49,024 nucleotides of DNA from an uncultured Muribaculaceae bacterium (GCA_964546995.1 CAZJKO010000003.1:1-49024), one strand, 5' to 3'; shown: positions 8,968-17,101, numbered from the stretch's first letter. The notes: generated by a model from the letters alone, not told the origin. Made by a program: numbers and translations.

Positions 8968-10092
8968 GTGGAACATTTGAGAGAGAGTATTTTTGAACAA
9001 ATCGATTTTGGACCATTTAAAGAGTACATTGAAAACGATGATATTACCGATATTTCTTATAGCAACAATGGACAAACTTGGGTGAGATCTCTTACCCAAG
9101 GATCCATGCGTGTAGAGATACCAGGACTTAGTAATACTTTTGTTGAAAAGCTTGCCTTTCAGTGTTCTAATGTAATGGGAACTTCCTTTAATAATGCGAA
9201 TCCCTTTTTGGATGCCGAGAGTACAGAACTCCGTATGAATTTCTTGCACGAGTCGATTGCTACCAATGGGATTGCACTCGTTATCCGTAAGACGCCTGCT
9301 AAGATTCGTCTCGAAAAAGAGAAACTCTTAGAAGAAGATTACGTTTCTTTGGACATTCACGACTTTTTAGTTAAGTGTGTCGAAGGGCACTGTAACATCA
9401 TCGTCAGTGGAGAGACGGGTAGTGGTAAGACGGAGTTCGTTAAATACTTAGCTAGTCATACGAAAACAAATGAAAAGATCATCACGATCGAGGATACCCT
9501 CGAGTTACATTTGGACCGAATTTTTCCTGAACGTGATATCGTTGCCATGAAGACGAACAATGTGGCCAGTTACACTGATGTGTTGGTCGCTTGTATGAGA
9601 CAGAATCCAAAATGGATTTTGTTATCCGAAATTCGTAGTGCAGAAGCGGTTAGTGCTGCTCGTAACTCCATTTCCTCTGGACACAACATTTTATCCACTA
9701 TTCATGCGGATAAAGCAAGCGCGATTCCTTATCGTATGTACAGTTTGATGGAAACGGACCTCGATGTCAATCAGTTCCTTGCAACGATTTATCGCTACAT
9801 TCAACTAGGTGTCCACATCAAAGCATACTACAGTCAAAAATATCAGAAATTCCATCGTGAAATTGACGAAGTCGTCGAATTCTATGTCGATGAGAACAAT
9901 CAACCACAGTCGAGAGTTCTCTATCAAAAAGGATTCGAAAAAACGCCAGTTCAAAATGCTCCTAGTAAGTATTTACTAGAATATTTGAGCAATCAGGGAA
10001 TTTCAATTAATCAAAGTTCTACTACGGCAACTACGAATACTTTACCTAAGGGTACCAGTGAAAAGACAGTTGCTTTAGAAGATATCATCTAA
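8968..10092 (+). CDS. tadA: Type II/IV secretion ATPase, TadA/CpaF (VirB11 superfamily)
   Basis: 374 aa with a GTG start. Walker A IVSGETGSGKTEF, Asp box ITIEDTLEL, Walker B-like KWILLSEIRSAEA, and His box SGHNILSTIHAD. It is followed by two T2SSF-topology genes. Confidence 0.85.
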   Translation: MEHLRESIFEQIDFGPFKEYIENDDITDISYSNNGQTWVRSLTQGSMRVEIPGLSNTFVEKLAFQCSNVMGTSFNNANPFLDAESTELRMNFLHESIATNGIALVIRKTPAKIRLEKEKLLEEDYVSLDIHDFLVKCVEGHCNIIVSGETGSGKTEFVKYLASHTKTNEKIITIEDTLELHLDRIFPERDIVAMKTNNVASYTDVLVACMRQNPKWILLSEIRSAEAVSAARNSISSGHNILSTIHADKASAIPYRMYSLMETDLDVNQFLATIYRYIQLGVHIKAYYSQKYQKFHREIDEVVEFYVDENNQPQSRVLYQKGFEKTPVQNAPSKYLLEYLSNQGISINQSSTTATTNTLPKGTSEKTVALEDII

Positions 10093-10110
10093 AAGAAGAG
10101 GTGAAGAAAA

Positions 10111-11004
10111 ATGGTGTTATTCTTATTACTTGTCATAGCTATATTCATTATTTTATATCGTAATTATAAAGGGCGAAATATCTATAAATATATTATTCAT
10201 CAAGCAGGAAGTCTCTACGATAAATATGCACCATATTCTTTCAAAGTGGTCAGAGAGAAAACGAAAGAGTTGGGTCAAGAGTATACGGCAAGACAGTACT
10301 TGGTTCAAATTGTGACCTTTTCTGTTTTTGCAGGGGTTGTATCTTATATATACTTTTACAATTTGCTCGTTTGTATTTTCTATATTGTCATTGTGGATTT
10401 GACGATTCCATATCTTGCATATTTAAGGTGTAAGAGGGTCTATAGTGAGTTCATTTTTGAACAAGTACAAGTATATACGACCAATGTTATTATGGAATTT
10501 GCAACGACACAATCTTTTGTTAAATCACTAGAAGGAGTAAGAAATTCAGGTGTGTTAGAAGATCCTGTATTAAGTGATGTTTCTTATATGATCGAACTTG
10601 CTTATCAAAATGGTAGCATCGATGAATCGATTGCTTACATGAACGATAAATATCCTTACTACATCGTGAAAAACATGCATCAGTTGTTTTTACAAATTAC
10701 GAAAGAAGGAGCAAGGGATACGGGAGAGAGTCTTGATAATATGCAACTCGATATCGATATGCTTATTGAGAGTGTCTATCGCGATCGAATCGAACGTGCA
10801 ACCTTTCATAAATCGTTTATCAAATATGGTATTATGCTCTATTTGATGGTTATGTTGGTTCAATACTTGTTGGGTAGAGAAACGTATATCGATCTTTTAG
10901 ATCGATGGTACATGAAACTAGTGTTACATGCTATTTTAATTGTTAACAGTTACTTTCTTCTTAAGGGAGAAAAATATTATAACGAGAACGTAGGTGAAGA
11001 GTAG
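10111..11004 (+). CDS. tadB: TadB-like pilus assembly platform protein (T2SSF topology)
   Basis: 297 aa. Topology is an N-terminal TM, a TM pair, a ~140-aa cytoplasmic helical domain (…VKSLEGVRNSGVLEDPVLSDV…IDESIAYMNDKYP…), then C-terminal TMs. It lies immediately after the ATPase, with an AAGAGGTGA RBS. Confidence 0.65.
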   Translation: MVLFLLLVIAIFIILYRNYKGRNIYKYIIHQAGSLYDKYAPYSFKVVREKTKELGQEYTARQYLVQIVTFSVFAGVVSYIYFYNLLVCIFYIVIVDLTIPYLAYLRCKRVYSEFIFEQVQVYTTNVIMEFATTQSFVKSLEGVRNSGVLEDPVLSDVSYMIELAYQNGSIDESIAYMNDKYPYYIVKNMHQLFLQITKEGARDTGESLDNMQLDIDMLIESVYRDRIERATFHKSFIKYGIMLYLMVMLVQYLLGRETYIDLLDRWYMKLVLHAILIVNSYFLLKGEKYYNENVGEE

Positions 11005-11786
11005 TGGAAGTATTTATTGTTGGTGTTATTCTTGTATTTGTTCTCGTCTATAATAAAACGATCGATAGTAAGAAGTTTATTCTAGATAATAAAAAATATT
11101 TTGAATTGTTACGAGAAGATGATTACAATTTTCTAGTTTATGCGAAATATGGTGATTCTGTCGATGCCGATAAGTTGTTTCAGAAACGAATCAATAGTGC
11201 GTTTTTAACAGCAGTGCTCTTTCTATTTATCTTTTTGACTCAACTTAGTCTTTTGAATGTTACTTTATCGATTGTCATCGGTTACTTCGTCTTTAAATCT
11301 TCCTATATGAGTTTAAAGAAGTACTATAAGGCACATTTGCATGAAATCGACATTATGTTACCATACTATTTAAAGAGTCTTGAAATTTTGGTACAACACT
11401 ATACGGTTCCTGTTGCACTTGGAAAAAGTATTGGGGATGCACCAGATATTTTTAAACCTGGATTACGTGATTTGATTGCGAAAATCGATGCAGGTGATGC
11501 TAGTATCGATCCTTATATGGAATTTGCCAATCAATATCCAGTTAGAGATTCAATGAGAATGATGCGTCTTTTATATCGTCTTGGTATCGGTTCTCAAGAA
11601 AAGAAACAAGAACGATTATTAATGTTCTCAAGAACAGTTTCTTCTTTACAAAACAAAGCACGGGAAACCAAATATAAAGAACGTCTTAACTTTATGGAAA
11701 ATCAAACGATGGTTATGTTAGTTGTTACTGGTATTGGGGTAATGATTATCATCTTAGTTTCGATGTTTATGTTATTTCAAGTGTAG
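11004..11786 (+). CDS. tadC: TadC-like pilus assembly platform protein (T2SSF topology)
   Basis: 260 aa. The GTG start overlaps the upstream stop by 1 nt (TAGTG). TMs flank a cytoplasmic domain (MLPYYLKSLEILVQHYTVPVALGKSIGDAPDIFKPGLRDLIAKIDAGDASIDPYMEFANQYP), consistent with the TadC/T2SSF pattern. Confidence 0.65.
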   Translation: MEVFIVGVILVFVLVYNKTIDSKKFILDNKKYFELLREDDYNFLVYAKYGDSVDADKLFQKRINSAFLTAVLFLFIFLTQLSLLNVTLSIVIGYFVFKSSYMSLKKYYKAHLHEIDIMLPYYLKSLEILVQHYTVPVALGKSIGDAPDIFKPGLRDLIAKIDAGDASIDPYMEFANQYPVRDSMRMMRLLYRLGIGSQEKKQERLLMFSRTVSSLQNKARETKYKERLNFMENQTMVMLVVTGIGVMIIILVSMFMLFQV

Positions 11787-11852
11787 GGATTGAAAAAGCG
11801 AATACTCTTTGTTATAATAGAAATGTTAGGATAGGAAAGGAGTTGGAAGAGT

Positions 11853-12059
11853 TTGAAAGCTGCTACAGGTGAATTAAACTTAACTGTTATTACGATTATT
11901 GCGATTGGAGCGGTACTTGCCTTTTTCTGGGCATTTTGGCCTACCATTCAAAATACGATTTTAGGACAATGGAACAATGCAACAGAAGAAAAAGAAAACA
12001 GTGGATTAAATACAATTGGATATATTACAGCTGGGGATTACACGATGTATATTCGTTAA
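11853..12059 (+). CDS. Flp-like small pilin candidate
   Basis: 68 aa with a TTG start 10 nt after GGAAAGGAG (11834-11842). A short leader MKAATG is followed by ELNLTVITIIAIGAVLAFFWAFW (about 20 hydrophobic residues), which is a class III signal-like layout. The canonical Flp G/xxxxEY motif is not present. Confidence 0.5.
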   Translation: MKAATGELNLTVITIIAIGAVLAFFWAFWPTIQNTILGQWNNATEEKENSGLNTIGYITAGDYTMYIR

Positions 12060-12086
12060 AAGAAAGTATAAGAAGAAGGTGTTTTT

Positions 12087-12566
12087 GTGAGAGATGCAAT
12101 CGGTGGAGCAATGACCATACAAATTATTATTATCTTTTTGTTACTGATCAATGGATATTTAGCGTTTTCTGTTAATTATACGAAGGCATTTCGGACGAAA
12201 AACCAAATTATCAGTATTATTGAACAACACGAAGGTTTGACGCCTCCAGCACAGGAGAAAATTCGAAGTTATTTAACACAGGCTCACTATAAAGTTGGAG
12301 CAGAATACTTTCGAAAAGCAGAGCAAAAAGGGTACGTTTGTTTTGAAGGAGGGTACTGTGTTAAAGTAACGGCAATCGATGATACAGGATCTAACGATCC
12401 TGGTAATACTTATCGAGGAAGTTATTATAGTGTCATTACTTTCGTGAATATCGATGTACCGATCATTAACAAAATATTTCCATTTTTTGATGTGTTTCAA
12501 GTAAAAGGGGAAACAAAGACGATCTATAGTTCTGGTAACAATAGTGAACTAGAACCGATCGGATAA
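12087..12566 (+). CDS. TadE-like pseudopilin candidate
   Basis: 159 aa with a GTG start. The N-terminus MRDAIGGAMTIQIIIIFLLLINGYLAFSVNY (leader ending in GG plus one hydrophobic helix) is followed by a soluble domain. It lies between the pilin-like ORF and the TadZ-like gene. Confidence 0.45.
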   Translation: MRDAIGGAMTIQIIIIFLLLINGYLAFSVNYTKAFRTKNQIISIIEQHEGLTPPAQEKIRSYLTQAHYKVGAEYFRKAEQKGYVCFEGGYCVKVTAIDDTGSNDPGNTYRGSYYSVITFVNIDVPIINKIFPFFDVFQVKGETKTIYSSGNNSELEPIG

Positions 12567-12584
12567 AAGAAGGGAGGAAAACGT

Positions 12585-13565
12585 ATGAACGTTATCGTTT
12601 CGAACAAACAGCAGGCTCTTTTATCGGGGCTTGAGATCGACATTATTAAAAGTATTACCGGTGAATTTGATGCTGATGAAATCGTCGACATGTTTAAAAA
12701 TTTCTTTTTTGGAAGAATGATTTTGGATCTTACGGCGATCAAAGATTATCAAAATATCGAGAATTTACAAAAGATTTCGATGAATCTCGATGTTGAAAAA
12801 ATTATTCTATTACTTCCTCAAACTGGGGAGTCAGTAGCGCCTAGTTTTTTATCGAAACTTGTTTCGATGGGGCTTTACAATTTTACGACAGATATCGATG
12901 GCATTCGTTATTTGTTAGATCATCCGAATACATATCGTGATGTAGCTCATATTCAACAGTTGAGTGATGCAGATTCTGGCTCTAGTGATGGGGTCTTAGG
13001 ATCTACTCGCATTATTGGATTTAAGAATGTGACTGAACATGCTGGTAGTACGACACTTGTATACATGCTTAAAAAGGAACTTGAAAAATACGATAAGAGT
13101 GTTGTGGCTATCGAAGTCGGAAAACGTGATTTTGTCTATTTCAACGATAAGAACATGATCTCTGTCATGAAAGATCAATTAGCTAGTGAACTTTTAAGAC
13201 AGAAAGATGCTGGTATTGTATTAATCGATATGAACGATCAAGAAGAAGATGGGATGTTTCACGATGTGATTTATTTGATTGAACCAAGCTCAATTAAATT
13301 AAATAAGCTTACAAGAAGAGATCGCCATATTTTCGAAAAATTAAAGGGAAAGAAAGTTGTATTAAACATGAGTTTGTTGAGTACAAGTGATATTGCAGAT
13401 TTTGAATATGAAGCAAAGACCAAGACGTTCTATCAACTTCCACCACTTAATGATCGAACGAACAACGAAGAGATCGTTTCCTTTTTAGCAAAACTAGGTC
13501 TCGTTTTAGGAGAATCTAGTGAAAAGGGAGAAACGACAAAACTACGTGATCTATTTAAGTTTTAA
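12585..13565 (+). CDS. TadZ/CpaE-like protein (receiver-like N-domain plus ParA/MinD-fold with degenerate P-loop)
   Basis: 326 aa with a strong RBS GAAGGGAGGA. The C-terminal half RIIGFKNVTEHAGSTTLVYMLKKELEK...VVAIEV...GIVLIDMND follows the ParA/MinD layout, but the Walker A reads TEHAGSTT (no GK[ST]). The gene position is as in tad loci. Confidence 0.5.
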   Translation: MNVIVSNKQQALLSGLEIDIIKSITGEFDADEIVDMFKNFFFGRMILDLTAIKDYQNIENLQKISMNLDVEKIILLLPQTGESVAPSFLSKLVSMGLYNFTTDIDGIRYLLDHPNTYRDVAHIQQLSDADSGSSDGVLGSTRIIGFKNVTEHAGSTTLVYMLKKELEKYDKSVVAIEVGKRDFVYFNDKNMISVMKDQLASELLRQKDAGIVLIDMNDQEEDGMFHDVIYLIEPSSIKLNKLTRRDRHIFEKLKGKKVVLNMSLLSTSDIADFEYEAKTKTFYQLPPLNDRTNNEEIVSFLAKLGLVLGESSEKGETTKLRDLFKF

Positions 13566-13577
13566 CATGGAAAAGAA

Positions 13578-13607
13578 TTGACAAATATCTCATTTATGAG
13601 GTATGAT
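13578..13607 (+). promoter_or_regulatory. Sigma-A type promoter candidate for the T4SS pilin gene
   Basis: TTGACA (13578-13583), 18-nt spacer, TATGAT (13602-13607). RBS AAAGGAGGA is at 13619-13627 and the ATG at 13634. Confidence 0.55.
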
Positions 13608-13633
13608 TAAGTTATCTTAAAGGAGGAACAAAA

Positions 13634-13978
13634 ATGTTAGATTTATTTCAGTTATTAGCTTGTGATCCTGATTTAGCACCACTTATTACTCTTTTAAAAG
13701 GTGTTTTAAATCTTATTCAAGTAGCAATTCCTATCATTCTTATTATCATGGGATCAATCGATTTAGGAAAAGCAGTTATTTCAAGTGATGAAAAAGAAAT
13801 TAAAGCGGCAACGAGTAAATTGATTAAGCGTTGTATCGCAGCAGTTGCGGTATTCCTTATTTCTACTATTGTTAGCTTAGTTATGAATTTGGTAGCTAAT
13901 TCCGATGTATCTATTGGTGAAGAATACACATGGAAAGATTGTTGGAATAACAATAGTGCGGCTGCAAATAAGAATTAA
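13634..13978 (+). CDS. VirB2/TrbC-like type IV secretion pilin (Firmicute T4SS_pilin type)
   Basis: 114 aa with two hydrophobic helices flanking a polar loop: LIQVAIPIILIIMGSIDLGKAVISSDEKEIKAATSKLIKRCIAAVAVFLISTIV. This is the pattern of Gram-positive TrbC/VirB2-like pilins (family recalled from memory). About 45% identical by eye to the C-terminus of 15822-17087. Confidence 0.65.
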   Translation: MLDLFQLLACDPDLAPLITLLKGVLNLIQVAIPIILIIMGSIDLGKAVISSDEKEIKAATSKLIKRCIAAVAVFLISTIVSLVMNLVANSDVSIGEEYTWKDCWNNNSAAANKN

Positions 13979-13979
13979 A

Positions 13980-14009
13980 ATGGTTCATTTGAATCATTTT
14001 TTCTTTTTG
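13980..14009 (+). terminator. Rho-independent terminator candidate
   Basis: A 7-bp stem (atggttc / gaatcat, one G:U) with a 4-nt loop is followed by a T-rich run, starting 2 nt after the stop at 13978. Confidence 0.5.
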
Positions 14010-14012
14010 TAA

Positions 14013-14041
14013 TTGTAAATTCTTTTGTGTTTTGGTATACT
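14013..14041 (+). promoter_or_regulatory. Sigma-A type promoter candidate
   Basis: TTGTAA (14013-14018), 17-nt spacer, TATACT (14036-14041), upstream of RBS AGAGGAG and the ATG at 14071. Confidence 0.4.
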
Positions 14042-14070
14042 AAAAGTAGTTATGTTAGAGGAGTGAGATT

Positions 14071-15240
14071 ATGGCCAAAAAGAAGAAAATAGAAGATTTG
14101 GTTCAAGTAAAAGATGAGAAGCAAGAAAAAAAGAAAAAGAAGAACAATCCTCTTTATAAAAAGATTTTACTTTACGGTGGTATTGTATTGGGCGTTATTG
14201 TTTTGATTATTGTTATCATTTTCATTGTACGTCTTATTGTAGGAACTAGTGTTCCTTATCCTAAGATTGAAGAAAAGATGGAAGATGCTGCTAGAGAGTA
14301 CTTTTCCATTCATACGTATCTTTTTCCAGAAGAAGTAGGAGGAGAAGCGACTGTTAACATTTCGGAACTTGTTACAGCAGAGCTTATCGATCCACTTGAT
14401 GAGATGTTACCTAAGGGTGTTACGTGTGAAGCGAATGTTATCGTTAGTAAATTAGATCAAGAAAGTTATGCTTATACGCCTTATTTGGATTGTGGAGAGC
14501 ATTACTATTCGAGAGAACTTCACAAAAAGATGTTAGAAGATAATCCGATTGTTACAAATGGTAAGGGTCTTTATCAGATGGGATCTGATTATATTTTCAG
14601 AGGTGAAGTTAAAAATAATTATGTTTCGTTTGCAGGAAAACTTTGGTTAGCTGTTAAAATTACAAGTCAAAATTATGTAGAGCTTATTCAAATTGGTGAG
14701 GCAGAGAAACATGCTTGGGATGATCGTTTCAATGTTACAGAGAGTGATTATTCGGGAATTAACGATTATCATTTAAGTCGCATTTTTGAATATTTGGAAG
14801 ATTTATATCGAAATGACGAATATTTATCTAGCAAAGATAAGGAGAAGATTGTCAATACTTCACTTTGTGTGGGTAAAAGGAGTAGGTCCGATGCAGTGAA
14901 TGATGGTTCGATCGAGTGTGCTGCTCGACTAGAAAATCAGCCACTTGGACTATTGCCACTTTACGATTACATTAATGCTAGTTTGGATCCAACTTGTCAT
15001 AAAGAGATGGATACACAGTGTTTGAATTATAATTATCTCGCAAATTATCGTGATGATTTTTGGTTGTTGACAGCAAATAGTCAGGTGACAAATCGTGCAT
15101 ATCGTATTGAATATGGAGGAAGAATTAGTAACACTTTAACGAATCGTGATGCTCGTGTTTGTCCTGTTCTATATCTTAGTAATCGTGTTATGATTTCTGG
15201 TGGAGATGGAACAAAAGCGAATCCTTATAAAGTTCGTTAG
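14071..15240 (+). CDS. N-terminally membrane-anchored surface protein, paralog of 2885-4699
   Basis: 389 aa with a Lys-rich N-terminus and one TM (ILLYGGIVLGVIVLIIVIIFIV). Blocks shared with 2885-4699: MEDAAREYF / VEDAARDYY; C..C pair; GKGLYQ...VKNNYVSFAGKLWLAVKI / GTGLYQGPVENNYLQFSGMLFRIVK; VCPVLYLSNRVMISGGDGTKANPYKV / VRPVLYLKEGLKVVAGDGTRYNPYRL. Confidence 0.7.
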   Translation: MAKKKKIEDLVQVKDEKQEKKKKKNNPLYKKILLYGGIVLGVIVLIIVIIFIVRLIVGTSVPYPKIEEKMEDAAREYFSIHTYLFPEEVGGEATVNISELVTAELIDPLDEMLPKGVTCEANVIVSKLDQESYAYTPYLDCGEHYYSRELHKKMLEDNPIVTNGKGLYQMGSDYIFRGEVKNNYVSFAGKLWLAVKITSQNYVELIQIGEAEKHAWDDRFNVTESDYSGINDYHLSRIFEYLEDLYRNDEYLSSKDKEKIVNTSLCVGKRSRSDAVNDGSIECAARLENQPLGLLPLYDYINASLDPTCHKEMDTQCLNYNYLANYRDDFWLLTANSQVTNRAYRIEYGGRISNTLTNRDARVCPVLYLSNRVMISGGDGTKANPYKVR

Positions 15241-15250
15241 AAACAAGTTA

Positions 15251-15300
15251 AAATAGTAACAAATCAAGTAACAATAGTAACAAATCAAGTAACAATAGTA
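15251..15300. repeat. 21-bp tandem direct repeat, 2.4 copies
   Basis: AATAGTAACAAATCAAGTAAC occurs at 15251-15271 and identically at 15272-15292, then as a partial AATAGTAA at 15293-15300. A degenerate copy (aacaagttaa) lies just upstream. The repeat starts 11 nt after the stop at 15240. Confidence 0.85.
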
Positions 15301-15305
15301 ATCGA

Positions 15306-15334
15306 CTTGATAAAAGTACGTTTTCATGCTATTA
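15306..15334 (+). promoter_or_regulatory. Candidate promoter inside the non-coding hub
   Basis: TTGATA (15306-15311), 17-nt spacer, TATTAT (15329-15334). No ORF of useful length follows it. Confidence 0.3.
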
Positions 15335-15390
15335 TAAATATGTCAAGGAAACTTGCATAAAATAGAAAAGGATACATTTGATTGAGAGAA

Positions 15391-15552
15391 TCAGATGTTA
15401 TCCCTTATGGACGGCATCTGAAATCAACGAATGTTGAAATCAGATGCTTTTGCTATTTTAGAAGTAAAAGAATTACAACTAAGAATAGGAGCAATATAAT
15501 GAAATAAAGAGAAATTTCTCTTTTTGATAAATAGAAAGGGAAAGCATCTGAT
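15391..15552. promoter_or_regulatory. Nested inverted repeats built on TCAGATG/CATCTGA half-sites
   Basis: TCAGATG (15391-15397) pairs with CATCTGA (15415-15421). A perfect 12-bp pair ATCAGATGCTTT (15439-15450) / AAAGCATCTGAT (15541-15552) encloses a perfect 18-bp palindrome AAAGAGAAATTTCTCTTT (15506-15523). Confidence 0.8.
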
Positions 15553-15740
15553 ATATTTCAAATGCATCCACTAGCATTATAGCGAACGTTGTTCCTGATA
15601 TAAATGTTTTTTATAAATTATGATAAATTAACATACTTGTATGTTGAAAGCATTAATAAACATGTGGAATTGATTGGATTATGATTAAAAAATCAACGTA
15701 TGATTAGTCAATTTTAAATAGTAATAAATTTGAGGAAAAT

Positions 15741-15770
15741 AATAACAAAACTGTTTTGTTATTATTTTTT
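15741..15770 (+). terminator. Hairpin plus T-run (terminator or operator) overlapping the promoter region of the next gene
   Basis: AATAACAAAA-ctg-TTTTGTTATT is a perfect 10-bp stem (15741-15763), followed by attttttc. Confidence 0.35.
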
Positions 15771-15773
15771 CTG

Positions 15774-15782
15774 TGTTATAAT
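15774..15782 (+). promoter_or_regulatory. Extended -10 promoter element for 15822-17087
   Basis: TGtTATAAT lies at 15774-15782, about 40 nt upstream of the ATG at 15822. The -35 is weak. Confidence 0.4.
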
Positions 15783-15821
15783 TAGTCTGAAGTATAATCT
15801 TTAAGTGGGAGTGATTCTTAG

Positions 15822-17087
15822 ATGAAGACAGCAAAACGATTTTTTCTATTTTTTGCTTTAATGATAGTTTTTTTTGCTTGTGGAGATGTGTATGCGAAGG
15901 AAGAATATTTTAAAGATTCGGCTGGTTGTGTTTACGAATATAAAGATATAGAAAACAAAGGTTTTCTTTGGTTCAATAAAAAGGTTGATGAAACAATTAC
16001 TATTGAGGTATACAAATACGAAGGTGAACGTTTAGAAGTTAATATACTAGCTGATCATGGGACAGTACTTTCTCACAAATTTGCTACGGGATCTTTTATA
16101 GACAAAAATGGTAATTTGACTTGTCCTAGTTCGATGCCATTATATACGGCAACTCATGAAAATGGTGATCGTGCTTATTTTATAGGGAATGATCGGGCAG
16201 GACTTATTGCTTCTGTAGAAGGAAAATATACGTCGGAAAATTTTATTCAAGAAACAAAAACGTACGATGGTTCTTTAAATCTTCAAAAAACTGTAATTAG
16301 TGGCAAACAAGCTGATGAAGATTTAACAGATAAGGTTATTCAAGATGTAAACGATAGTAAAAATGGTTGCCTTGCTTTACAAAGAGAAAGCATTGATACA
16401 CTTAAAGAGATTATTACTAATCACAATTATTATTTAAATGAATTATCGCCATACTTTAATGAAGATGGACAAGTAACAGGTGATCTAAGTAAAGCTTTAT
16501 CTATTTGGACAAGTGCAAACAATTATCGTGTCAAACAGCATCCTATATTAGAACAATTAGATGAGAACTGGAATAAATATAAAAAAGATAAAAAATGTAA
16601 TACTTATGAAGAACTAACTGATGCATTGAATTTGGATGATGAGTTATATCAAAAAACAAATGCAATACTAGAAGCATTTAAACAGAACCGTGATCAATTT
16701 GATTTTACAGATCAACAACTAGGTATTTTAGAAGACAATGCTAATAAATATAAACCTAATTATTCTTATACACCAAATTATGTTGGTAATGCTGAAGTTG
16801 GATGCGATTTGATCGATAGTAAGATTTGGGCTGAAATAAGAAAGGTTTTATCATGGATACAGATTGGAGTTCCAATTTTGATTTTGTTGTTAGGGTCTGT
16901 TGATTTTGGAAAAGCCGTTTTATCTGAAGATCAAGATGCTTTAAAGAAAGCAACTAGTAAATTTGTTAAACGATGTATTATTGGAGTGGCTATTTTTTTG
17001 GTTCCGATTTTCTTAGATGTTTTGTTTAAATATGTTGACTTTCCGGAAGTTCAAGGATCACTTTGTAAGGATGATCTTGGATTATAG
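15822..17087 (+). CDS. Secreted protein with a C-terminal VirB2/TrbC-like T4SS pilin domain
   Basis: 421 aa with a signal peptide MKTAKRFFLFFALMIVFFACGDVYA/KE and a ~300-aa soluble N-domain. The C-terminus WIQIGVPILILLLGSVDFGKAVLSEDQDALKKATSKFVKRCIIGVAIFLVPIFL aligns block-for-block with the 114-aa pilin at 13634-13978. Confidence 0.7.
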   Translation: MKTAKRFFLFFALMIVFFACGDVYAKEEYFKDSAGCVYEYKDIENKGFLWFNKKVDETITIEVYKYEGERLEVNILADHGTVLSHKFATGSFIDKNGNLTCPSSMPLYTATHENGDRAYFIGNDRAGLIASVEGKYTSENFIQETKTYDGSLNLQKTVISGKQADEDLTDKVIQDVNDSKNGCLALQRESIDTLKEIITNHNYYLNELSPYFNEDGQVTGDLSKALSIWTSANNYRVKQHPILEQLDENWNKYKKDKKCNTYEELTDALNLDDELYQKTNAILEAFKQNRDQFDFTDQQLGILEDNANKYKPNYSYTPNYVGNAEVGCDLIDSKIWAEIRKVLSWIQIGVPILILLLGSVDFGKAVLSEDQDALKKATSKFVKRCIIGVAIFLVPIFLDVLFKYVDFPEVQGSLCKDDLGL

Positions 17088-17101
17088 AAGGAGGAAAATA
17101 A

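Noticed and set aside
11936-12175. 79-aa alternative-frame ORF bridging the pilin-like and TadE-like genes
   Set aside because: It overlaps two better-supported ORFs that have RBSs and signal-like N-termini. It has no RBS and an Arg/Cys/Trp-rich, improbable composition.
15200-15240. C-terminal NPYKVR of 14071-15240 (and NPYRL / DPYYVK in 2885-4699) as sortase B sorting signals
   Set aside because: No hydrophobic segment or basic tail follows these motifs. GxGT..(N/D)PY is a common module-boundary motif in Firmicute surface proteins, so it is not evidence of sortase processing.
15251-15300. Possible CRISPR array, given identical 21-bp repeats
   Set aside because: There are only 2.4 directly abutting copies with no spacers, and no cas genes in the window. 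It is a tandem repeat (iteron-like), not a CRISPR array.
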